Assembly (NCBI GenBank): GCA_002320285.1
Contig: DCKE01000007.1
Location: forward strand, 15,606-79,605
From: Flavobacteriaceae bacterium UBA1682
Lineage (GTDB): Bacteria; Bacteroidota; Bacteroidia; Flavobacteriales; Flavobacteriaceae
DNA: 64,000 nt
Direction of reading: 5' to 3'
Shown piece by piece: positions 47,785 through 57,854 of the stretch. Numbering within the stretch: position 1 is the first letter of the stretch; each line of letters starts with the position of its first letter. A program made the translations under genes and the position numbers. The notes beneath the pieces were generated by a model. The model was not told the DNA's origin. It did not search any database and was given only the letters and a program-made list of their open reading frames with translations.

Positions 47785-47815
47785 TAGAAACCTGAAATAA
47801 GACTACAACCAAACT

Positions 47816-49051
47816 ATGTCAGACCTATTATTACCACCAGAGCATCGCTATGCGAAGCTCATCGAAGCACGTTTAAAAGAGGACGGAACAGAATTATCGA
47901 TTCTAAACCTAGGTCCTACGCATCCTGCTACCCACGGTATTTTTCAAAACATCTTATTGATGGATGGAGAAAAAATCATCGATGGAGAAGGAACCGTAGG
48001 TTATATACACCGGGCATTTGAGAAAATTGCCGAAAACAGACCTTTTTATCAAGTCAATGTTTTAACCGATCGTCTAAACTATTGTTCTTCTCCAATCAAC
48101 AATACCGGTTGGTGGATGACCGTAGAAAAGGCTTTGGGCATTGAAATCCCAAAAAGAGTTCAGTACCTCAGAGTCATCATTATGGAATTGGCTCGTATTG
48201 CCGATCACATCATCTGTAGTTCGGTAATGGGCGTAGATACCGGAGCTTTAACCGGTTTCTTATACGTATTCCAGTACCGCGAAAAAATATATGAGATTTA
48301 CGAAGAAATCTGTGGCGCCCGATTAACTACAAATATGGGACGTATAGGTGGATTTGAAAGAGAATGGAGCCCTGCTGCTTTCCGTAAAATCGATGAGTTC
48401 CTAGCGGAATTCCCAGCGATTTGGAAAGAGTTTGAAGGCCTACTCGAAAGAAATAGGATTTTTATGGATCGTACTATCGGTGTTGGAGGCATTACTGCCG
48501 AAAAAGCGATTAGCTACGGTTTTACTGGTCCAAACTTACGTGCTGCAGGTGTAGATTACGACATCCGAGTGATGCAACCTTATTGCTCCTACGAAGATTT
48601 CGAATTTGATATACCTGTTGGACAAAACGGTGACTGCTACGACCGCTTTACCGTTCGTAATGCAGAAGTATGGGAAAGTCTAAAAATCATTAGACAGGCA
48701 TTGGACAAAATGCCAGAAGGCCCTTATCACGCTGATGTTCCAGAATATTACCTACCTCCAAAAGAAGATGTTTACCAAAATATGGAAGCCTTGATTTACC
48801 ACTTTAAAATTGTGATGGGAGAGATACCCGTTCCAAATACAGAAGTGTATCAACCGGTTGAAGGAGGAAATGGTGAATTGGGGTATTACCTGATTACCAA
48901 TGGAAGTCGAACACCTTATAGACTACACTTTAGAAGACCTTGTTTTATATATTATCAAGCGTATAACGATATGGTTCAAGGACAAATGTTGTCCGATGCC
49001 ATCATCACCTTATCGAGTATGAATGTTATCGCTGGAGAATTAGACGCTTAA
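47816..49051 (+). CDS. nuoD: NADH-quinone oxidoreductase subunit D
   Basis: It has the 49-kDa subunit motif 'LNLGPTHPATHG' and a C-terminal 'SSMNVIAGELD'. Confidence 0.95.
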   Translation: MSDLLLPPEHRYAKLIEARLKEDGTELSILNLGPTHPATHGIFQNILLMDGEKIIDGEGTVGYIHRAFEKIAENRPFYQVNVLTDRLNYCSSPINNTGWWMTVEKALGIEIPKRVQYLRVIIMELARIADHIICSSVMGVDTGALTGFLYVFQYREKIYEIYEEICGARLTTNMGRIGGFEREWSPAAFRKIDEFLAEFPAIWKEFEGLLERNRIFMDRTIGVGGITAEKAISYGFTGPNLRAAGVDYDIRVMQPYCSYEDFEFDIPVGQNGDCYDRFTVRNAEVWESLKIIRQALDKMPEGPYHADVPEYYLPPKEDVYQNMEALIYHFKIVMGEIPVPNTEVYQPVEGGNGELGYYLITNGSRTPYRLHFRRPCFIYYQAYNDMVQGQMLSDAIITLSSMNVIAGELDA

Positions 49052-49055
49052 GAAT

Positions 49056-49586
49056 ATGGAAAAGACAGCTTACAAACAAACTATAAATATAACACCAGCT
49101 CTTCAAGCTCGAATTGACGAATTGATCAGCCATTACCCAGCCGATAAAAGAAAATCTGCTTTGCTTCCTGTTCTACACGAAGTTCAAGATGCTCACGATA
49201 ATTGGTTGAGTACCGAATTAATGGATACCGTAGCAGCAATGTTACACATCCGCCCTATCGAGGTTTATGAAGTAGTCACTTTCTACACCATGTACAACCA
49301 AAAACCGATGGGGAAATATATGTTTGAGTTTTGCCTTACTTCTTGTTGTGGTTTGCGTGGAGCAGACGACATGCTGGAGTATGCTTGTGAAAAATTAAAT
49401 ATAGCACCAGGAGAAACCACCACCGACGGATTGTTTTCCGTAGTCGGAGTTCAATGTTTGGGTGCTTGTGGTTATGCACCAATGATGCAATTGGGAGATT
49501 TCTATCAAGAACATCTTACCAAAGAAAAAATCGATCAAATTATAGAAGACTGCAAAGCAGGTAAAATAATTCTTCACGACAAATAA
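49056..49586 (+). CDS. nuoE: NADH-quinone oxidoreductase subunit E
   Basis: It has the 24-kDa 2Fe-2S pattern 'CLTSCCG...CLGACGYAP'. Confidence 0.93.
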   Translation: MEKTAYKQTINITPALQARIDELISHYPADKRKSALLPVLHEVQDAHDNWLSTELMDTVAAMLHIRPIEVYEVVTFYTMYNQKPMGKYMFEFCLTSCCGLRGADDMLEYACEKLNIAPGETTTDGLFSVVGVQCLGACGYAPMMQLGDFYQEHLTKEKIDQIIEDCKAGKIILHDK

Positions 49587-49590
49587 TATC

Positions 49591-50958
49591 ATGGGAAAAA
49601 AAATATTATTAGATAAGATCAATATTCCGGGTATAAAAACTTATGAAGTTTACCGTCAAAACGGAGGTTATGCCTCTGTAGAGAAGGCTTTAAAAACCAT
49701 GCAACCCGATGAAATTACCGAAGAGGTAAAAACTTCTGGTTTACGCGGACGTGGTGGAGCAGGATTTCCGGTAGGGTTAAAATGGAGTTTCATCGACAAA
49801 AAATCGGGCAATCCAAGACATTTAGTTTGCAATGCTGATGAGTCCGAACCGGGAACTTTTAAAGACCGCTTTTTAATGGAATACATTCCTCACTTATTAA
49901 TTGAAGGAATGATTACCTCGAGTTATGCCTTAGGCGCACATCTTTCGTACATCTACATCAGAGGCGAGTATATGTGGGTTTACAAAATATTAGAACGCGC
50001 TATTAAGGAAGCTTATGATGCGGGTTGGCTGGGTCAAAATATCTTGGGAACCGATTATCACTTAGATCTACATGTACATTGTGGAGCGGGTGCTTATATC
50101 TGTGGTGAAGAGACCGCTTTGATCGAATCGTTGGAAGGAAAAAGAGGTAATCCACGTATTAAACCTCCGTTTCCAGCAGTTAGTGGTTTATGGAAAAACC
50201 CGACTGTAGTCAACAACGTAGAATCCATTGCCAATGTGCCTTGGATTGTCATGAATTCCGGAGAAGAATACGCTAAAATAGGTATAGGTCGTTCTACAGG
50301 GACCAAATTAATTTCCGCTTCAGGACACGTAAAAAATCCAGGAGTATATGAAATTGAAATGGGAATTACTGTAGAAGAGTTTATCAACTCCGATGAATAT
50401 CTCGGAGGTATGATTGACGACAGACCCATCAAAGCCCTGATTCCAGGAGGCTCATCTGTACCGATATTACCCGCGCATTTGATTTACAAAACCGCAACGG
50501 GAGAAGATCGTTTGATGACTTATGAATCGTTAGCAGACGGTGGATTTGCAACGGGCTCATCTATGGGTTCTGGTGGATTTATCGTATATAACGACACGGC
50601 TTGTATCGTTAGAAATACTTGGAATTTTGCTCGTTTCTATGCTCACGAAAGCTGTGGACAATGTTCACCGTGTAGAGAAGGAACCGGTTGGATGGAAAAA
50701 GTATTGCACCGTATCGAAACGGGAACAGGAAACATGGAGGATATCGATTTGCTATGGGACATCCAAGGTAAGATTGAAGGAAACACCATTTGTCCTCTAG
50801 GTGATGCTGCAGCTTGGCCAGTAGCAGCGGCTATACGTCATTTCAGAGAAGAATTTGAATACCATATTTTATTCCCTGAAAAGATTAAAAACAGAGATCA
50901 TTATGTTGCAGAACCCTTTGAAAGCGTGAAGCATCTGATTTCGAAACAAACCATATAA
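49591..50958 (+). CDS. nuoF: NADH-quinone oxidoreductase subunit F
   Basis: It has '[11 protein letters not shown]' (FMN/NADH site) and '[12 protein letters not shown]...CPLGD' (N3 cluster). Confidence 0.96.
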   Translation: MGKKILLDKINIPGIKTYEVYRQNGGYASVEKALKTMQPDEITEEVKTSGLRGRGGAGFPVGLKWSFIDKKSGNPRHLVCNADESEPGTFKDRFLMEYIPHLLIEGMITSSYALGAHLSYIYIRGEYMWVYKILERAIKEAYDAGWLGQNILGTDYHLDLHVHCGAGAYICGEETALIESLEGKRGNPRIKPPFPAVSGLWKNPTVVNNVESIANVPWIVMNSGEEYAKIGIGRSTGTKLISASGHVKNPGVYEIEMGITVEEFINSDEYLGGMIDDRPIKALIPGGSSVPILPAHLIYKTATGEDRLMTYESLADGGFATGSSMGSGGFIVYNDTACIVRNTWNFARFYAHESCGQCSPCREGTGWMEKVLHRIETGTGNMEDIDLLWDIQGKIEGNTICPLGDAAAWPVAAAIRHFREEFEYHILFPEKIKNRDHYVAEPFESVKHLISKQTI

Positions 50959-51014
50959 ATTTAAGCCTACGTTCGAAGCTTTGTTCGCAAACTTTGAACC
51001 TAAAACATATAGTT

Positions 51015-52040
51015 ATGAAAGTTACAATAGACGGACATGAAATTGAGGTAGAACCAGGAACAACTATTCTACAAGCAGCCAGAATGATTGGAGGAGAATC
51101 AGTTCCTCCTGCTATGTGTTACTATTCCAAATTAAAGGGAAGCGGTGGAAAATGCCGTTGCTGTTTGGTCGAAGTGGCCAAAGGAAGCGAGGCAGATCCT
51201 CGTCCGATGCCTAAGTTAATGGCTTCTTGTGTAACAGGAGTTATGGACGGTATGGAAGTAAAAAGCATTTCTTCACCGAGAGTTGTCGAAGCCAGAAAGT
51301 CGGTTACTGAATTTTTGTTGATCAACCATCCGTTAGATTGCCCAGTATGCGATCAGGCAGGGGAATGTGATTTACAAAACCTCAGTTACAACAATGGAAA
51401 GGAAGCAACTCGATTTAAAGAGGAAAAAAGAACCTTTGAGCCGGAGAACATCGGCGACAAGATTCAATTGCATATGAATCGTTGTATTTTGTGTTACCGT
51501 TGTGTGATGACAGCAGACCAAATCACTGATGGACGTGTACACGGGGTATTAAACCGCGGAGATCATTCCCAAATTTCAACTTGCGTAACGGCAGCGATAG
51601 ACAACGAATTTTCGGGTAACATGATCGACGTTTGTCCAGTTGGAGCCTTGACTGATAAAACCTTCCGTTTCAAATCACGTGTTTGGTTTAACAAACCCTA
51701 CAATGCCCACAGAGATTGTGATAAATGTTGTGGTAAAACAACGCTTTGGATGTTTGGTGACGAAATCCAAAGAGTAACTGCCCGAAAAGACATCTACCAC
51801 GAAGTCGAAGAGTTCATCTGTAACGAATGCCGTTTCGACCATAAAGACACTAAAGATTGGGTTATTGAAGGACCGAGAAAATTCGAAAAATTCTCGGTAA
51901 TTAATCAAAACAACTATACACGTCCTTTAGATCCAGTTGTTATAGACACAGAAGCACAAATCTTAAAAGGTCGTGATCAAGATCGTTATAAGATCAGTAT
52001 GAAAAACATCCCTTATAAAGCAGAGGAATCTAAAAAATAA
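51015..52040 (+). CDS. nuoG: NADH-quinone oxidoreductase subunit G, short form (Fe-S N-terminal domains only)
   Basis: It has 'CYYSKL...GKCRCCLVEV' (2Fe-2S), 'HPLDCPVCDQAGECDLQ' and 'CILCYRCV...CPVGAL'. It is 341 aa from the ATG at 51015 and lacks the molybdopterin-like domain. Confidence 0.9.
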   Translation: MKVTIDGHEIEVEPGTTILQAARMIGGESVPPAMCYYSKLKGSGGKCRCCLVEVAKGSEADPRPMPKLMASCVTGVMDGMEVKSISSPRVVEARKSVTEFLLINHPLDCPVCDQAGECDLQNLSYNNGKEATRFKEEKRTFEPENIGDKIQLHMNRCILCYRCVMTADQITDGRVHGVLNRGDHSQISTCVTAAIDNEFSGNMIDVCPVGALTDKTFRFKSRVWFNKPYNAHRDCDKCCGKTTLWMFGDEIQRVTARKDIYHEVEEFICNECRFDHKDTKDWVIEGPRKFEKFSVINQNNYTRPLDPVVIDTEAQILKGRDQDRYKISMKNIPYKAEESKK

Positions 52041-52052
52041 TTTCATTCAAAA

Positions 52053-53084
52053 ATGGACAATACTATCATCATTGAAAAGGGTGTCATTATCCTTATCGTT
52101 TTTGCCATTACCATGGTTATGGCTATGTATTCGACCTTAGCGGAACGTAAAATTGCCGCTTGGATTCAGGATCGTATCGGCCCTAACAGAGCTGGTAAAG
52201 GTGGGATTCTACAACCTCTTGCTGACGGACTTAAGCTTTTCTCAAAGGAGGAGTACGCCCCAGACACCCCTAATAAATTCTTATTTATTCTAGGACCAAC
52301 AATCTCTATGACCGTAGCGCTGATGACCAGTGCTGTAATACCATGGGGCGATCGCTTGCATTTATTTGGTAGAGATATTCTACTACAAGTTACCGATATC
52401 AATGTCGCCATGCTTTATGTATTCGCCGTACTATCAGTTAGTGTTTACGGAATCATGATTGGTGGATGGGCTTCCAACAATAAGTTTTCTTTGATGAGTG
52501 CCATGCGTGCCGCTTCACAGATGATTTCGTATGAGGTAGCTATGGGACTTTCGATCATCGCATTATTGATGATGACGCAAACCTTGAGTTTAAGAGAAAT
52601 TTCCCTACAACAATCGGGTATGAACTGGAACGTATTTTACCAACCTTTAGGTTTCCTAATATTCTTGGTATGTTCGTTTGCAGAAACCAATAGAACTCCT
52701 TTTGACCTTGCAGAATGTGAGCAAGAGTTAATCGGTGGATACCATACGGAATATTCGTCGATGAGAATGGGATTCTTCCTATTTGCCGAATACGCCAGTA
52801 TGTTTATCTCGTCAACGATCATAGCGGTTTTATATTTCGGTGGATACAACTATCCGGGTATGGATTGGGCCGTGACCAACTGGGGAGTAAATCCAGCTAA
52901 TATCATTGGAATCATCGTCTTGTTTATCAAAATCTGTTTTTTCATCTTTGTATATATGTGGGTACGTTGGACTATACCGCGTTTCCGTTACGATCAATTG
53001 ATGAATTTAGGTTGGAAAAACTTGATTCCATTGGCACTATTTAATATTATTATTACAGCAGTAGTTATCTTACTCTTAAAATAA
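52053..53084 (+). CDS. nuoH: NADH-quinone oxidoreductase subunit H
   Basis: It has 'AERKIAAWIQDRIGPNR' and 'GGYHTEYSSMRMGFFLFAEY'. Confidence 0.95.
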   Translation: MDNTIIIEKGVIILIVFAITMVMAMYSTLAERKIAAWIQDRIGPNRAGKGGILQPLADGLKLFSKEEYAPDTPNKFLFILGPTISMTVALMTSAVIPWGDRLHLFGRDILLQVTDINVAMLYVFAVLSVSVYGIMIGGWASNNKFSLMSAMRAASQMISYEVAMGLSIIALLMMTQTLSLREISLQQSGMNWNVFYQPLGFLIFLVCSFAETNRTPFDLAECEQELIGGYHTEYSSMRMGFFLFAEYASMFISSTIIAVLYFGGYNYPGMDWAVTNWGVNPANIIGIIVLFIKICFFIFVYMWVRWTIPRFRYDQLMNLGWKNLIPLALFNIIITAVVILLLK

Positions 53085-53089
53085 AAAAC

Positions 53090-53632
53090 ATGGCTTTAGA
53101 TACTATTTCATTATCAGGCAGAAAAAAACAGGTGACCAACACGACCATGACCTGGTCGGAGAAGATTTACCTTGTGGCGATTATCAAAGGGATGATGGTT
53201 ACTTTTAAACATTTATTCAAAAAGAAAGTAACGATCAGTTATCCAGAGATGACGCGTCCATTTAGTCCTGTTTACAGAGGACGCCATACCTTGATGCGCG
53301 ACGAAGAAGGACGTGAACGCTGTACGGCTTGTGGCTTATGTGCCCTATCTTGCCCAGCAGAAGCCATTTCGATGAAGTCCGCTGAACGTACTGCAGAAGA
53401 AAAACACTTATACCGCGAAGAAAAATATGCTGAGATCTACGAGATCAACATGTTGCGTTGTATATTTTGTGGTTTGTGTGAAGAAGCCTGTCCAAAACAA
53501 GCGATTTACTTGACGAAATCACAAACCATCGTAAAATCAAGCATGAGTCGCGAGGATTTTATCTATGGAAAAGATAAGTTGGTGATGCCTTTAGATGCAG
53601 CCATTCAAAACACTAAACAGAATCAAGCGTAA
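53090..53632 (+). CDS. nuoI: NADH-quinone oxidoreductase subunit I
   Basis: It has two 4Fe-4S ferredoxin motifs, 'CTACGLCALSCP' and 'CIFCGLCEEACP'. Confidence 0.95.
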   Translation: MALDTISLSGRKKQVTNTTMTWSEKIYLVAIIKGMMVTFKHLFKKKVTISYPEMTRPFSPVYRGRHTLMRDEEGRERCTACGLCALSCPAEAISMKSAERTAEEKHLYREEKYAEIYEINMLRCIFCGLCEEACPKQAIYLTKSQTIVKSSMSREDFIYGKDKLVMPLDAAIQNTKQNQA

Positions 53633-53634
53633 TT

Positions 53635-54141
53635 ATGATAGAAATTCTATTTTATATTCTTTCGACCCTAACCATCGGAAGTGCAGCTTTAACCATCTTG
53701 AGTAAAAACCCAATCCACAGCGCTATTTGGTTAGTGGTCAGTTTTTTCTCTATAGCTGGTCATTATATTTTATTAAATGCTCAGTTTTTGGGTATGGTAC
53801 ACATTATGGTTTATTCAGGTGCTATCATGATCTTGATGTTGTTTACCATCATGTTAATGAACCTCAACATCAGTACGGAGATTCAAAAACCCATAGTAGT
53901 GAAATTAACCGCTACTGTAGCATTCTGCTTAATCGGTTTGATTTTTATTGCGGCTATAATGAAAGCCAATCCAATTGTTGAAAGCTATCAAAACTCCGGT
54001 GAAGACTTTCAATCGATTAAAGTTTTGGGACAAGTGCTACTCAATGAATATGTAGTTCCCTTTGAAATGGCAGCAGTCTTGTTGTTACTTTCGATGATTG
54101 GGGCTGTATTAATTTCTAAAAAAGATAATAAAACCGCTTAA
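53635..54141 (+). CDS. nuoJ: NADH-quinone oxidoreductase subunit J
   Basis: It is a 5-TM protein in the conserved operon position, with 'AQFLGMVHIMVYSGAIMIL'. Confidence 0.9.
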   Translation: MIEILFYILSTLTIGSAALTILSKNPIHSAIWLVVSFFSIAGHYILLNAQFLGMVHIMVYSGAIMILMLFTIMLMNLNISTEIQKPIVVKLTATVAFCLIGLIFIAAIMKANPIVESYQNSGEDFQSIKVLGQVLLNEYVVPFEMAAVLLLLSMIGAVLISKKDNKTA

Positions 54142-54143
54142 TT

Positions 54144-54464
54144 ATGGAAAGAGTTTTAGAAATAATCGGAATCGAATCGTATATCTACTTATCAGTTATA
54201 CTGTTTTGCGTAGGTGTATTTGGAATCTTATATAGAAGAAATGCCATAGTCATGTTTATGTCTATAGAAATCATGTTGAACTCTGCCAATTTGCTGTTGG
54301 TAGCCTTTTCAACCTTACATCAAGATGCCTCGGGGCAGGTTTTTGTGTTTTTCACTATGGCTGTAGCTGCGGCGGAAGTTGCTGTAGGTTTAGCCATTTT
54401 GGTATCGATATACAGGAATATCGGATCTATCGACATTGACAATTTAAAAAACTTAAAAGGATAA
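54144..54464 (+). CDS. nuoK: NADH-quinone oxidoreductase subunit K
   Basis: It is a 3-TM, 106-aa protein with 'MSIEIMLNSANL' and 'AAAEVAVGLAIL'. Confidence 0.93.
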   Translation: MERVLEIIGIESYIYLSVILFCVGVFGILYRRNAIVMFMSIEIMLNSANLLLVAFSTLHQDASGQVFVFFTMAVAAAEVAVGLAILVSIYRNIGSIDIDNLKNLKG

Positions 54465-54470
54465 TCCCGA

Positions 54471-56357
54471 ATGGATACAAACGTAATTTTACTCTTATTA
54501 ATAGTCCCTTTACTGGGGTTTCTAACGACCTTTTTCTTCGGAAAAAAATTAGGTAGTGCTTCGGGAATTATAGGAACGGCTTCGGTATTCGTTTCCTTTA
54601 TTATCAGTGTGATGTTGTTTTTTCAAATCAACCAAACACAGCAAGCAATACAAATTCATTTATTTGACTGGATGGCCTTAGAGAAATTCTCTATTTCATT
54701 TGGTTTTTTAATCGATCAATTGTCCATTTTATGGCTGTTGTTTGTAACGGGAATCGGAACACTGATTCACTTATACTCGACGAGCTATATGAAGGGAGAC
54801 GAAAACTTCCATAAGTTTTTCGCTTATCTAAACCTATTTATCTTCTTTATGATCTTGTTGGTCATGGGAAGCAATTTATTAATCATGTTTATCGGATGGG
54901 AAGGTGTTGGACTTTGTTCTTACCTACTAATCGGGTTTTGGCATAAAAACCAATCGTATAACGACGCTGCAAAAAAAGCTTTTATCATGAACCGTATTGG
55001 GGATTTGGGCTTTTTGATTGGAGTTTTTATCTTGGGTTATTTGTTCCAAACTTTGGATTATATGACCATTAAAGAAGCTTTGGTTAACGGAACTACACAT
55101 CACGTAAACACTTGGATCGGCTATGCTACCTTGGCTCTATTTATTGGGGCTGCAGGTAAAAGTGCACAGATTCCACTATATACCTGGTTGCCAGACGCGA
55201 TGGCTGGACCAACTCCAGTATCCGCATTAATTCACGCGGCTACCATGGTTACCGCAGGTATCTTTATGATTACCCGTTTAAACTTCTTGTTCGACTTAGC
55301 TCCTCAAGTTCAAAATATAATCGCGATCGTAGGTGCTTGTACCGCTATTTTTGCCGCTTCAATTGGTTTGGTTCAGAACGACATCAAAAAAGTATTGGCC
55401 TATTCAACCGTATCTCAGTTGGGATTGATGTTTATGGCTATCGGTTTTGGTGCTTACGAAATTGCCGTATTCCACGTAATTACACATGCTTTCTTTAAAG
55501 CTTGTTTGTTCTTGGGTTCTGGTTCGGTTATCCATGCTATGGGTGGTGAACAGGATATGAGACAAATGGGTGGTTTAAGAAAATACATGAAAGTAACTTA
55601 TATTACTTTCTTATTGGCTACTTTGGCCATTTCAGGTATACCTCCATTTGCAGGTTTCTTCTCTAAGGACGAAATTTTAATGGTGGCTTTCCACGAAAAC
55701 ATCATACTTTGGGTATTGGGAGCTGTTGCTTCTGTATTCACAGCATTTTATATGTTCCGCTTGTTGTACCTTACTTTCTTTAAAGATTTTAGAGGAACAG
55801 CAGCACAAAAAGAGCACTTACACGAGAGTCCTTCTTCGATGACTATTCCGCTTATTGTATTGGGAGTATTGTCTGTAGTTGGGGGTGCGATCAGTTTACC
55901 TGGCAACAGTTGGTTAAACGGATTCTTAGCTCCTGTGATCAAAAACAATGCAGCGACACATCCTCACGTAATGGGAATGACCGAATATATCTTAATGGCT
56001 TTAGCGATCATCGGTGCTTTAATCGGATTGGGTATTGCTTACAGCAAGTACATCAAAAAATCAGAAGTACCTGTTGCCGACGAACAAATCAGCGGTTTCC
56101 ACAAAACCCTTTACAACAAATATTATATCGATGAAATCTATATGAAGGTCATTGTTGCCCCTATTTACAGTTTGGCAACTTTCTTTAAAGATTTTGTTGA
56201 AGTGGGTATTTCACAAACGGTATTTGGCTTGGCTAAAATTGCAGACGGACTATCCCTACAAGGAAAAAGAGCGCAAAACGGAAATATTGGTTTATATTTA
56301 TTTGCCTTTGTATTCGGAATTTGTTTCTTATTTTACTATTTATTCATTGCAAGTTAA
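54471..56357 (+). CDS. nuoL: NADH-quinone oxidoreductase subunit L
   Basis: It is an antiporter-like subunit with 'WEGVGLCSYLLIGFW' and 'SAQIPLYTWLPDAMAGPTPVSALIHAATMV'. Confidence 0.95.
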   Translation: MDTNVILLLLIVPLLGFLTTFFFGKKLGSASGIIGTASVFVSFIISVMLFFQINQTQQAIQIHLFDWMALEKFSISFGFLIDQLSILWLLFVTGIGTLIHLYSTSYMKGDENFHKFFAYLNLFIFFMILLVMGSNLLIMFIGWEGVGLCSYLLIGFWHKNQSYNDAAKKAFIMNRIGDLGFLIGVFILGYLFQTLDYMTIKEALVNGTTHHVNTWIGYATLALFIGAAGKSAQIPLYTWLPDAMAGPTPVSALIHAATMVTAGIFMITRLNFLFDLAPQVQNIIAIVGACTAIFAASIGLVQNDIKKVLAYSTVSQLGLMFMAIGFGAYEIAVFHVITHAFFKACLFLGSGSVIHAMGGEQDMRQMGGLRKYMKVTYITFLLATLAISGIPPFAGFFSKDEILMVAFHENIILWVLGAVASVFTAFYMFRLLYLTFFKDFRGTAAQKEHLHESPSSMTIPLIVLGVLSVVGGAISLPGNSWLNGFLAPVIKNNAATHPHVMGMTEYILMALAIIGALIGLGIAYSKYIKKSEVPVADEQISGFHKTLYNKYYIDEIYMKVIVAPIYSLATFFKDFVEVGISQTVFGLAKIADGLSLQGKRAQNGNIGLYLFAFVFGICFLFYYLFIAS

Positions 56358-56366
56358 TTTATAAAA

Positions 56367-57800
56367 ATGAACGTAACGATACTATTAATCACTTTACTAG
56401 TTGGCGCATTGGCAACTTATCTCTCCGGTAACAAAATGGCTCCGAAAGTAGCACTGCTTGTTGGAGTTATCGCTTTTGCAGAAACTTTACTATTGATCAA
56501 TCAACACCTTCAAGGGGTTGATGCTGGATATGTAGTGCAATGGATGAATAAACCCAACATCTTCTTTGCTTTAAAAGCAGATGGATTGGCTTTGGCTTTG
56601 GTTTTACTAACGACGCTCTTGACACCACTTATTGTTCTTTCCTCATTTGGCACTTCAATTGAAAAATCAAAATCGTTTTACGGTTTGGTTGTTTTTATGT
56701 CGTTTGCGATGACTGGAACATTTTTGGCTTCTGACGGTTTCTTATATTATATTTTCTGGGAGTTGGCGTTGATTCCTATTTATTTCATCGCCTTACTTTG
56801 GGGGAATGATACTTTTGAAGAACGCAAAAAAGCTATACTTAAGTTTTTCATCTATACTTTTGCAGGGTCGATCTTTATGTTGGTCGCTTTTATCTACTTA
56901 TACCAAAAAGCCGGCAGTTTCTTACTACAAGATTTATATAAGGTATCGCTTACAGCCAACGAACAGTATTGGATTTTCTTAGCTTTCTTCTTGGCTTACG
57001 CCATCAAGATTCCTATTTTTCCTTTCCATACTTGGCAGGCATCTACTTATGAAAAAGCACCTACTGTAGGAACCATGCTTTTATCGGGTATTATGCTAAA
57101 AATGGGATTGTACTCGATTATACGTTGGCAAATTCCAATCGCTCCACAAGCGGCTAAAGACTTGATGAGTACCATCATCGTTTTGAGTTTAATCGGAGTG
57201 GTGTACGGCGCTATCGTAGCCTTAAGACAATCGAACATCAAACGTTTCTTTGCTTACTCTTCGTTATCACACGTTGGATTAATCGCAGCGGGAACGTACA
57301 CACTTACCCTAGACGGTTTGCGCGGTGCCGTTTACCAAATGTTGGCTCACGGATTTGTTATAGTTGGTTTGTTCTTTATTGCAGAAATCATATACAGAAG
57401 ATATCAAACTAGAAATATAGGTGAGTTGGGCGGTATTCGTCAGCAAGCAATTATTTTATCATCCCTGTTTATGATTTTGATGTTTGCATCTGTCGGACTA
57501 CCGGGAACTTTTAGTTTTGTCGGTGAGTTCTCTTTGTTATTCGGTCTATCTCAAATCAATATATGGTATGCGGTAATCGGAGGTAGTAGTATCATTTTTG
57601 GTGCTTTCTATATGTTGAGAATGTTCCAAAAAGTGATGTTGGGTGAAACCAACAGCAAACCTTTTGCAGATCTAAACTTTAATGAAGGATTTGTATTGGT
57701 AATCTTAGCAGCAGTAGTGTTGTTCTTGGGTATATATCCAAAACCAATCACCGATTTAATCACGCCGAGTTTGATAGAAATCGTATCACAAATTAAGTAA
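56367..57800 (+). CDS. nuoM: NADH-quinone oxidoreductase subunit M
   Basis: It is an antiporter-like subunit in the conserved position, with 'IKIPIFPFHTWQ' and 'AYSSLSHVG'. Confidence 0.93.
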   Translation: MNVTILLITLLVGALATYLSGNKMAPKVALLVGVIAFAETLLLINQHLQGVDAGYVVQWMNKPNIFFALKADGLALALVLLTTLLTPLIVLSSFGTSIEKSKSFYGLVVFMSFAMTGTFLASDGFLYYIFWELALIPIYFIALLWGNDTFEERKKAILKFFIYTFAGSIFMLVAFIYLYQKAGSFLLQDLYKVSLTANEQYWIFLAFFLAYAIKIPIFPFHTWQASTYEKAPTVGTMLLSGIMLKMGLYSIIRWQIPIAPQAAKDLMSTIIVLSLIGVVYGAIVALRQSNIKRFFAYSSLSHVGLIAAGTYTLTLDGLRGAVYQMLAHGFVIVGLFFIAEIIYRRYQTRNIGELGGIRQQAIILSSLFMILMFASVGLPGTFSFVGEFSLLFGLSQINIWYAVIGGSSIIFGAFYMLRMFQKVMLGETNSKPFADLNFNEGFVLVILAAVVLFLGIYPKPITDLITPSLIEIVSQIK

Positions 57801-57854
57801 CAGTATAATGGAACTCGGATCAAATCCGAATATCATAAATCCTAAATAACACCA

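Noticed and set aside
51015-52040. nuoG is only ~341 aa, so it might be a truncated pseudogene.
   Set aside because: All N-terminal Fe-S cluster motifs are intact. The ORF ends cleanly 12 nt before nuoH, and I see no remnant of a molybdopterin-like domain in other frames. From memory, short NuoG is the normal form in Bacteroidota.
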